Below are positions 36,211-47,199 of a stretch of 64,000 nt of DNA, one piece after another (positions within the stretch are counted from its first letter, which is position 1; each line of letters starts with the position of its first letter). Where the stretch lies: positions 65,472,001 through 65,536,000 of the forward strand of contig NC_090328.1 in assembly GCF_035084215.1 (NCBI RefSeq). The letters are read 5' to 3'. A program made the position numbers and the translations under genes. Source of the stretch: Heptranchias perlo. Lineage: Eukaryota. The notes under the pieces were generated by a model. The model saw only the letters and a program-made list of their open reading frames with translations. It made no database searches and was not told where the DNA came from.

Positions 36211-36741
36211 ATCTCTTTATTCACCCATGGTGTTTCATTATTAGCTAGTTTGTTCTTGTTTTTTAGACTGCCTGAACTATGAGAAGATTGAGTATGGTGA
36301 TTGGCAAGATTGTAACTTTGCCATGACGAATTCATATCACTTTCTTTTGTCTTCCAGGGCCTTGATGTGTACAAGCAGAATCTGCGGAGATTCATGACAA
36401 CGATTTCTCAGAGGAGCTCATTCCTTCTGAGGTTCCACTTCACAGGACATACAGCCATGCACCAACACAAATACTTGCACTTCGGAGGGTCTCGTTAGAC
36501 GGTTTGTTGGGTTTTCACCTGGTGGTTCACAACTCTCAAGTGAGCACGATCAGACACTGGTGGCAGGGGCAGCTGTGGGTGTCCATTTCGGAGGGCGCAA
36601 TCGTCTTCAAGCTCTGCTCACCTGGACACAGATGTAGAATCCTGGGGGCCTTCATTGAGAATGAGAATGATTGAGGTACAGCTGCAACTTTGAGAGGTAC
36701 TGGCAGATGTGCTATGCACACTCTCCATAATAGCGGAGAGG

Positions 36742-38335
36742 ATGGAAGTGGCTGAGGAGGTGAGCAGCAGCAGCATGGTGTCTTGGTCTTGGATGCAGTG
36801 TAGGAAATGCTTTAATGATCTAGCCAAGTCAGGAAGAGCGAGTACCTGATTCACCTACATGCTGTGGTGTACAACACCCACCCCCCTCCCCTCACTCTGT
36901 CATTCCAAGCCTACTCCATCACATCACTCCTCACACCCACTTAAGTTTCAGCAGCACCCACCCTTCACTTTCTATGCACTTCCTCATATCCCCACTTATC
37001 CATCCGCCTCAATCCTTATGCAATGTGATGCATCTGTCTGATAGTCACCTCACTCAATGTTCTGCATCCATCGGGTGACCTTCAGTCACTTGCAGGTCTG
37101 TTCTTTCACCCCTTGTAAAAGAAGAGAGTGCAAAATGCAAGGGAGAGGGCGAGGGCTAGAGGTGGCCTGCCACAAAATTATCCAACTGACAGATGCAGAG
37201 GAGGAGGCCATGGAGATAGGTGGGACACCTACATCCCGATCCATTGGAGATGTAAAGATTGGGAACCCACAGATGCCTGGTGACAGAACTTAAACATCTT
37301 TCAAACACCTGGTGACTTTATTTCATCAATGACTGAACTATGAGAAACTTGAATATGGTGATTGGCAAGATTGTTACTTTGCCATGACGAATTCATATCG
37401 CTTTCTGTTCTCTTCCAGGGCCTTCACGCATACAAGAAGAATGCGCGGAGATGGATGACATTGATTCCTCAGAGGACCTCATTCCTTCTGAAGGTGCACC
37501 ATCACATGACATACAGCCATGCGCCAGCGCAGATACTGGCACTTCGGTGGGTCATGTTAGACAGTTAGTTGGGTTGTCACCTGGTAATTCACAACTCAAA
37601 AGTGAGCATGAGCAGACGTTGGTGGCAGGGGCAGCTGTGGAGAGTCTACTTCGGGGGGCGCATTCTCTCCAAGCTCTGCTCAATTGGACACACATGCTGA
37701 ACCCAAGGGGCCATAATTGAGAAGGAGAATGATTGAGGTACAGCTGCACCTTTGCGAGGTACTGGAAAATGTGCCACCCACACTGGTGGATTGATATCAC
37801 AGGTAAGTGTGAGAATGTCCGCAATGGAGAGAGTGGCCGCCTCCATGGAGCTTCAAGCACAGTTCTCAAATGAGTCCATGTAGGCCATGGCCACATACTT
37901 TGGAAGCCAGCATGTCTGCCACCTCAAACAAGTTGACAGATACCATATCCATAGCTTACAACGTGTAAAAGATGTGCACCAAGCTCCTGTCCAGCAGAGT
38001 GGTGGGAGTGATGTGGCACTAGCCCGGGAGAGGGATCTTGGCAAAAGGTGACATGAAAGTGGGGACTCCACTCAAAGCGCTCCCACATCTCACCCATTAC
38101 CCACCCCCACCCCCCAACCAGTACTCTCCCTATGACCGAGTCTGCCCCTGCACAGGTGCAGGTGGAGCAGTCTTTAGCTGGGCCCTCACTGGCTCCAAAA
38201 CCCACATGTCGTAGGCCAAAAGTACCTCATCAGTCAGGGCAGGGATTTGAGTAACCTGCCACTACCTCTGCTAAAGCCATTGGGAATGCACCAGGTAGAA
38301 GCGGTAGAAAGCGTAAGTTCAAACAATTGTATTTC
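36742..38335 (+). pseudogene. Harbinger Myb/SANT gene, multi-exon, decayed
   Basis: EVAEEVSSSSMVSWSWMQCRKCFNDLAKSGR, then a pyrimidine-rich intron, then KRVQNARERARARGG..LTDAEEEAMEIG, an intron GTGACAG..TTCCAG (about 37280-37418), and a long last exon with frameshifts. Confidence 0.75.
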
Positions 38336-38639
38336 ACCAAGGGTATGCACAAGGGTGTTGGAAGAAATGTTATGTTGTTAAGTTTCCTTCTTTTTAGATT
38401 GGTGCATTAAATTTGTTGATTAGCACCACTTCCACGTCTTGGCCATTATTGCGTCCCAAGTGTTAACTCGCCCTTTCATTTGCTTCATGATGAGTACCAA
38501 TACATGACGGTACCCATTGGGCGAATGTACAATGGGTGTATGCGTAGCTGAAGGACTGTTTTATGCAAAGGGGTGTGTGGGGGGCGGTTGGTGGTGGCCG
38601 TGGTAGCCAGCCTGCGTTTCTCAATGTTTCTCTTTTGCC

Positions 38640-40720
38640 ACTGTTATTAAGAGAACCTGTGAGAGATGAGAGCATCCCTGGTACCCCGGGCAGCAATGTG
38701 CGGGGCTGGTCTGGCGATGGGTGCTGCATCTTCATATTCCTCCTCCTCCTCCTCCTCCTCCTCCTCTACCTCTTCTTCAATGTTGTCACTATCAGAGGAT
38801 GATTGACGAACACCTTCGTCCTCCTGCACCTCTGAACCTTTCTGCTGCACTATGTTGTGCAGGAAGCAGGACACCACTATGATTCTCGTAACCCTCACTG
38901 GCGAGTACTGAAGGGCACCTCCAGACCTAACCAGGCACCTGAAGCGTATCTTCAACATGCCGATGGCTTGCTCAATGACACACCTGGTGGTCATGTGGTT
39001 CTGGTTGTAGAGCTCTTGTACCTTGTTGATGGGATTCTTGAGTCAAGTTTGCAGGGGGTATCTTTTGTCTCCAATGAGCCAGTCCTTAAGCCTGTCTCCT
39101 GTTTGGAAGAGGTCTGGAATGTTGGACTGGCGCAGAATTAACACATCATGACAGCTCCCAGGGAATCCGGTGCACACCAGCAGAAATATTGGCAGATGGA
39201 GTATAATGTGGGGAAATGTGAGGTTATTCACTTTGGTAGGAAGAATTGAAAAACAGAATATTTTTTAAATGGTGAGAAGCTATTAAATGTTAGTGTTCAG
39301 AGAGACTTGGGTGTCCTCGTACAAGAAACACAAAAGTTAGTATGCAGGTACAGCAGGCAATTAGGAAAGCAAATGGCATGTTGGCCTTTATTGCAAGGGA
39401 GTCGAGTACAAGAGTAAGGAAATCTTACTACAGTTGTGCAGGGCTTTAATGAGACCTCACCTGGAGTACTGTGTACAGTTTTGGACTCTTTATTTAAGGA
39501 AGGATATACTTGCCTTAGAGGCAGTACAACGAAGGTTCACCAAATTAATTCCTGGGATGAGAGGGTTGTCCTATGAAGAGAGATTGAGTAGAATGGGCGT
39601 ATACTCTCTGGAGTTTAGAAGAATGAGAGGTGATCTCATTGAAACATACAAGATTCTGAGGGGGCTTGACAGGGTAGATGCTGAGAGATTGTTTCCCCTT
39701 GCTAGAGAGTCTAGAACTAGGGGGCATAGTCACAGGATAAGGGGTTGACCATTCAAGACTGAGATGAGGAGGAATTTCTTCATGCAGAGGGTTGTGAATC
39801 TTTGGAATTCTCTACCCAAGAGGGCTGTGGATGCTAAGTCGTTGAGTATATTCAAAATTGAGATCGATAGATTTTTGGACTCTAGGGGAATCAAGGGATA
39901 TGGGGATCGGGCGGGAAAGTGGATTTGAGGTCAAAGATCAGCCATGATCTGATTGAATGAGGGAGCAGGCTCGAGAGGCGGTATGGCCTATTCCTGCTCC
40001 TATCTCTTATGTTCTTGTGTTCTTATGAAATCGCTTCTTGTGATTGCACACCAGCTGTGCATTGATTGATGGAGTGAAAGCCCTTTTGGTTGATGAAGAC
40101 TCCGGGCTCATGTGATGGTTCTCGGATTGCCATGTGTGTGCAATCGATTGCACCCTGCACCCATGGGAAGCCAGCCAGAGAGACAAAACCCACTGCCTGC
40201 TCATTCGGGCTATTGTTGCCGCGGGGGAAGTTGACATAATCGGACGCCCTGGCAAACAACCCATCTGTCACCTGCCTTATACAAATACGTGCAGACGACT
40301 GGCACACCCTGGAGGTGTCACTGGTGGCGCCCTGGAAGTATCAAGCTGCAAAGAAATTCAGGGCAATGGTGACTTTCACTGCGATGGGCAATGCATAGCC
40401 ACCAGGTCCGGCAGAGAGCAGCTCTTCCTCAAGGAGGCAGCAGATGTCTGAGACCACCTGCCAACTCAATCTGAACCTGCATAGGCACCACTCCTCAGAG
40501 AGGTCCAAGAAGCTCAGCCTCTGCCTGTAGACCCTCTCACGTGGGTAGTGCCTCCTGCGATGTCGGCCCCTCTGTTGCTCCCCTTTCTGCTGTTCTCCAG
40601 ATCTTTATTGTGCACTTCTGTCTTATGTACCTGCAGATCCCAACACAGCATGAAGTGGCTGCCGCCGATGGTCATTTTCTTCCTCCTCAGATGTCCTTTC
40701 GAATACATCCATTGCGCCCT
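38640..40720 (-). pseudogene. Harbinger DDE transposase (HARBI1-like), frameshifted and split by a CR1
   Basis: GFPWVQGAIDCTH, FPGSCHD, WLIGDKRYPL, TRCVIEQAIGMLKIRFRCL and FLHN, followed by an acidic C-terminal tail. Confidence 0.92.
39188..40026 (+). mobile_element. 5'-truncated CR1 LINE inserted in the transposase
   Basis: RPHLEYCVQFW motif and (TTCTTATG)n tail. GAAAT is duplicated at 39183-39187 and 40027-40031; removing the insert restores CNHKKRFLLVCTGFPGSCHD. Confidence 0.93.
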
Positions 40721-42181
40721 CTATTCTGACCTTGTCAGTTTGAAAAGCTCCAAAGTTTTGCTAAAGCGGTCTCAACACAAGAATTCTCAGACAAACATTT
40801 GCCTGAGAGAACTGAGTGACCAGCTGCAATAACTGACTTTTTATTGAGATGGGGCAATCCCAGGTTTAAAAACCCAAATTAACTGCGACTGAATCTCGCC
40901 TCCATTTGACTCGCGAGATTCAGAAACCCCAGGAAACCTGTGCTGAGGACATTAAATTGGAATCAGTTTCAGAATCAATTAAAAAAAACCTACCTCAAGT
41001 ATCTCAACTAAGTAAATTGTCCCATTAACGATCCGCCTGCTGGCAGGAATTGGGGACGTGACATACACAAATCGGCTGCACGCACATCCAAACGCACGTG
41101 CCCACATTAAACTTGAAGCCGATTGTGGTCGCGGTCGCAAAAACTGGTATTTTTACTTTCCACCGGACTCCAACCCATCCGTTCTTGGGGGTTAAAATCC
41201 TCTCCCCGCTGTGTCCCAAAGGTAAATTGAGCAAAACTATGAAATGTTTCTCCAAACCTACGTAATTCATCTCTGACCAGTCAGCATATCTAAGGCCTCA
41301 GCTGTTCTGGAACCATCATGTTACATGGATCATTCAATCTTCTTTATCAGTTTGATTCCACATTGAGGGGACATGATCCAACATAGGGTGACAACACTGT
41401 AGCCCCGGTTTTCCTACCAGCGCTCCCTGTAAATGTGGCTCCCTGCTGGGAGCACAGGGGCATGGAATTAATCCTTATGCTTGTTTATTACCCTGTGCTC
41501 TACACCTATTCAAATCATTAATCCAGTTCTTTTTAATGTTGTTAGTCAACACATCACTAACTGCTTTGGCCAGATATCAATACTGGATTTCTGAATCTGG
41601 ATTTGAGCTGTTTTTTGAAGTGGAATTATTCTGATCTCCAATGTGCAGTCTAACCAAAATAACTTAGGTTGGAGGAAACAATCTCATTTGAATCACCTAA
41701 TCAATTCTGAGCAATCTTTAAATCATAATTTGCACAAACTGGATTAGGAATTGATGCAGAGTAAACAATTTAGAGATCAAATCCAGTCTGCATCAATACG
41801 CTGCAAACTGAGGCAGGTCAGAAGTATAATCACAACTTATTTTATAAGGGGCAACATTCCTATTTGTAAGATGCGCTGTCCCCTTCCCATGACTTGTTTG
41901 TAATAACATAAGTGTATATTTTTCCCAGTTTACATTTCTGAACTTATTTAATATACCTTATTATATTTGTCTCTTGATGATTACATCATCTATAGTTCAT
42001 GACACCGTCTGTTTGTTAAAGGTCCTTCAGTGAGTACATGGGGCTCACTGGATGACTAGTTCCAAATGTATAAAACAGATGAAATATCATTGGAACAGGG
42101 TTCTTGCCAAATTACACTGCAATAAAAGCCTCAAGTATTATTAGACGAACAAAATATGTTTCTCTAACCCTGTCAAATATT

Positions 42182-42550
42182 TTCATAGAATAATCGAAAT
42201 TACAGCACAGTAAGAGGCATTCAGTCCATTCAACTGGAGCTGTCCACTGTAATCCCATTTCCCTTCATATGTTTTTTTATATTCTTCCTTTTTAAATACT
42301 TATCCAGTTCCCTTTTAAATGATGTAGTAATCTCTGTCTCAATAGTCACTTGTGATAAAGAATTCTCATGTTCTAATAACTTTTTGTGTGAAAAATATTT
42401 TTTCTAAATTCCCCTTTTATTCTTCTGGTAATAATCTTGAGTTTATGCCCCCTCGCTACCAATTCACCCCAGTGAAAACTATTCTTTCACTATTTACCCT
42501 CTCAAAATCTTTCCGAATTTGGAAAAGTAAACAAGTCCACCTTCTCCAAT
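42182..42550 (-). mobile_element. Old CR1 3' fragment
   Basis: CATAGAAT..TACAGCACAG..GAGGCATTCAG tail and remnant TTTTGTGTGAAAAA (FFTQ). Confidence 0.65.
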
Positions 42551-44920
42551 AGTGGATTCAATAAGCTGGCAGTGAGAGGAGCAAACCATGCCTGGCAATG
42601 AAGGATATAAAACCAGTCCATGTCACATGTTTAATGGAAGTGTAACCAAGCACAAGTCAAAGCTATGTCAAGTACATCACCACCAAATCAATGTCAAGCT
42701 TTGTCCATGCTCAGAGAGCGTACTCTGTGGGGAAAGGCAAGGGCTCACGGTCATAATTCACATTCCATATCAGATCACAGCTGCTGGCTACAGGAAGCTT
42801 TGTTTAGTCTCTGATTAGGTTCCTGTTCTATTCTCTGTGGTGCAAAGTTGAGAAAAAAACAAGAGAAATCATATCCTTGCATGGTATTATAAAGCGGGAA
42901 AGGAAGAAGGAAAAAAGCTAAGCAAAGCACTCAGGCAGATTACTGATGTGTCACTTACAAGTCCCTACTACTTGCTGAAGAACAAGAACGTTCTGTGGTG
43001 TATAAAGTTTCCCCTCTCCCCACCACCCCCCCCATCCTTCCACTTCTATTGCTTTCACTAAAATGCTGGCTAGACAGTTGGCTCAGCCTCAAAGGAGAAT
43101 GGAGTAAGCATGATATAAATCACTGATGCATTTCACAGCCAAGATAAACTCTAGCTACAGAGATAGGCTCAGTTAGGACAACAAGCACATTGGCTGCTCT
43201 GATCACTTCGGAAGAATAAAAAACACATTCTCGTAACATTGGAACTAGCTAGCAAAAATACACAAAAAAGAAACAAATTACCGACAATCATTTATTTTTT
43301 TCCTCCATAGATTAACAATCCAACTGGTTCTAAATTTATCCTACTTGGAAAAGAGAAAAAGATTGAGTTTATATGGGCTGTTAAAGAGCCTTTGAAGATA
43401 ATGCATTCCAGCTGAGCGTATCATAGTTCACCGCAACAAACATTGGCAACTTTTCTAAAACACTCAATGACCAGCCTCTGCCATAGCATATTATCTAAGG
43501 ATCAGTTCATTCCATGAGTAAAGATGTAACTTTCCTAAATTTCTTTCCCAAAGGCATAACTGCACAAAAAACATTTTGTTTAAAACAAATCACCAGGTCA
43601 TGAGGAGAAAAAAAGGCATTCCACCCCACCCCACCACCCCCCCACCAAGTCACCCCAAGGGAAAATCTGCTTTAAATGTAGGCTGTCACATGCCATTAAA
43701 AGCTACCCTCCCACTTCCCCACCGTGCTTAGCACAAAGTGACTGTAATAGACCATGATTTCCTATATCAGGAGGCTGTTTCATCCGTTCATATCCGATAC
43801 ATGGTGCTCACTGCTGCTTGGAATTTGGCTTGAGTTCATATTTGAATCGGAGTCTATAAATACATGAAGTGTTGCCAGTTTGACAAGCAGCTAGGGATTT
43901 ACCAAGCATCCTATCTAGAGTGCTTGTGGCCTTCGAGGCTGGCTGATGAAATGTGGCTTGGGATGCAGTAAGCTGCCCGGGTACTGGCCCTGACCAAGTA
44001 AACCTGCCATTTTAAGTCTCCACGACGGGTACAAACTGTAATAAGAGAGGATTGGGACGGGAGACCTCTCCTGTATTTCACATTGTGTTATTAATTTGCA
44101 ACTCAATGCAGTGTCTGTTAGTTTTACAAATCAATCAAGGTGCTTGGCTTTTTACTGGTGCAGAGGTCACGGGCATAAGTTATATGTCTCTGCTTGCAGA
44201 TGGGACCTTTTGAGATGTCAAACAGACTCTCCATGACGCACATTAACACCCACATGCTCCTCTATGTCACTTTCAATTTATTTTATCTTACTGTGTCAGC
44301 CAGCGCAGCTTACTCCCATATTAATAACTGAACTTTTTATTAAAGCCAGGAAAAATAAACACTGCTGGTAGCGCTGCAAGACTGTTGGCTCGCTTTTATG
44401 AAAGCAGAGAGCTGGCCCCCTGTCTGGAGGGGATTTTTTTTTAACAGTATGAGAAGGAAACAAGCAATAAAAGTGGATGTGGTATGACTACAGCAGACTG
44501 AGCACAGTCTCCTGTTTGTTACTTTGGCAGAATAGCTGCTCCATCAATAGAGTGAAGGGCAGAACACTAACAGTAGTCTGTGATGTCCCATCAGAATACT
44601 AATTTCCATTTTAAAGCACACAGCATGCCTGTTTTGAAAGCCTTTGTGGTTGTCGCTCAGAATCTTCAAAAATCAAAGTGAACTTTCCCTTCCCCCGAGG
44701 GTCTTCACCCTTCCCACAGTTTGAATTGGATATGAAAAAAATTACAGAATGTTTGATTGATCATAACTAGCAGTGTAGTTCCCAGAGGTTCATTGATGTT
44801 CATGTAATTGTCCTATTTTTAGTCACTGCTCTCTCTGTCTTCAGCTATCTTTGTATCTGCCATGATTTTTCAAACCAGAGGAGAGATCAATCCTCATAGC
44901 CATCTGTGTTTTATAAGACA

Positions 44921-46720
44921 TCACACATTCAGGATCTGTGTCTCACTGTATCACACTCAGTGTCACTGTCTCTCACTGTATCACACTCAGTGTCACTGTG
45001 TCTCACTGTATCACACTCGGTGTCACTGTGTCTCACTGTATCACACTCAGTGTCACTGTGTCTCACTGTATCACACTCAGTGTCACTGTCTCTCACTGTA
45101 TCACACTCAGTGTCACTGTATCTCACTGTATCACACTCAGTGTCACAGTCTCTCACTGTATCACACTCAGTGTCACTGTGTCTCACTGTATCACACTCAG
45201 TGTCACAGTCTCTCACTGTATCACACTCAGTGTCACTGTATCTCACTGTATCACACTCAGTGTCACTGTGTCTCACTGTATCACACTCAGTGTCACTGTG
45301 TCTCACTGTATCACACTCAGTGTCACTGTGTCTCACTGTATCACACTCAGTGTCACTGTGTCTCACTGTATCACACTCAGTGTCACTGTCTTTCACTGTA
45401 TCACACTCAGTGTCACTGTGTCTCACTGTATCACACACTCAGTGTCACTGTGTCTCACTGTCACACACTCAGTGTCACTGTCTCTCACTGTATCACACTC
45501 AGTGTCACTGTGTCTCACTGTATCACACACTCAGTGTCACTGTGTCTCACTGTCACACACTCAGTGTCACTGTCTCTCACTGTATCACACTCAGTGTCAC
45601 TGTGTCTCACTGTATCACACATTCAGGATCTGTGTCTCTCACTGTATCACACTCAGTGTCACTGTCTCTTACTGTCACACACTCAATGTCACTGTCTCTC
45701 ACTGTATCACACTCAGTGTCACTGTCTCTCACTGTATCACACTCAGTGTCACTGTGACTCACTGTCACACACTCAGTGTCACTGTGTCTCACTGTCACAC
45801 AATCAGTGTCACTGTCTCTCACTGTCACACACTCAGTGTCACTGTCTCTCACTGTCACACAATCAGTGTCACTGTCTCTCACTGTCACACACTCAGTGTC
45901 ACTGTCTCTCACTGTCACACACTCAGTGTCACTGTCCCTCACTGTCACACACTCAGTGTCACTGTCTCTCACTGTATTCACACTCTGTCACTGTCTCTCA
46001 CTGTCACACACTCAGTGTCACTGTCTCTCACTGTCACACACTCAGTGTCACTGTCCCTCACTGTCACACACTCAGTGTCACTGTCTCTCACTGTATTCAC
46101 ACTCAGTGTCACTGTCTCTCACTGTATCACACTCAGTGTCACTGTCTCTCACTGTATTCACATTCAGTGTCACTGTGACTCACTGTCACACACTCAGTGT
46201 CACTGTCTCTCACTGTCACACACTCTGTCACTGTCCCTCACTGTCACACACTCAGTGTCACAGTCTCTCACTGTCACACACTCAGTGTCACTGTCTCTCA
46301 CTGTCACACAATCAGTGTCACTGTCTCTCACTGTCACACACTCAGTGTCACTGTCCCTCACTGTCACACACTCAGTGTCACTGTCTCTCACTGTATTCAC
46401 ACTCAGTGTCACTGTCTCTCACTGTATCACACTCAGTGTCACTGTCTCTCACTGTATTCACACTCTGTCACTGTGTCTCACTGTCACACACTCTGTCACT
46501 GTCCCTCACTGTCACACACTCAGTGTCACTGTCTCTCACTGTATTCACACTCAGTGTCACTGTCTCTCACTGTATCACACTCAGTGTCACTGTCTCTCAC
46601 TGTATTCACACTCTGTCACTGTGTCTCACTGTCACACACTCAGTGTCACTGTCCCTCACTGTCACACACTCAGTGTCACAGTCTCTCACTGTCACACACT
46701 CAGTGTCACAGTCTCTCACA
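44921..46720. repeat. Minisatellite, 30-bp unit TCACTGTATCACACTCAGTGTCACTGT(G/C)TC, roughly 60 copies
   Basis: Directly visible tandem array. It is homogeneous over 44940-45430 and has variant units further right. Confidence 0.98.
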
Positions 46721-47199
46721 CTTTTAGTGTCTCATGTTTTATTACATTTTACAGAAGTTTTGGCCCAGTTTCTTTTCTCCTTTCTACATATAAGGATGTC
46801 GTGCAGCTGGCCACTGTTGTTACTATGGAAATCCAAGGCCTGAAAATCCTCAGCTCTTTTGGCACACTGCAACCATAACGCTGGTTGGAGTGCACCAGAA
46901 AGGCCAGAAATTAGGCCAGGAGCTGGATATGTGGGGTCCCTCCCTTTGCCGGCTCTTTGTAAGGCCACTGGCATCAGAAGTGATAGGGCTTGATGTGAGG
47001 AATCCCGATGCCAGGATTTCCAGCATCTCTGGCCAACACAATGAACAGACGTAGGATCAACAATGGTGCACCTGGTGCATACCAGGTCACTAAAAGATGG
47101 AAGTAGGCCACACCTAAGGTTTAGGTTGGGATCGTAGCCTGGATCCGTGAAGAAAAAGTAGGCAATTTTAAAAAGTTATTTAAATGCAGCTCCCTCCAG

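Larger units (their letters stand above)
36268..41207 (-). mobile_element. Rearranged PIF/Harbinger transposon (Myb gene on +, transposase on -), Myb-side terminus missing
   Basis: Both genes are recognisable. The right terminus is ...GGGGGTTAAAATCCTCTCCCC. There is an internal diverged duplication and a nested CR1. Confidence 0.85.

Noticed and set aside
44862-46878. Long Cys/His/Ser/Thr-rich ORFs (438, 646 and 355 aa)
   Set aside because: They are translations of a stop-free 30-bp tandem repeat open in several frames, with no unique coding flanks.
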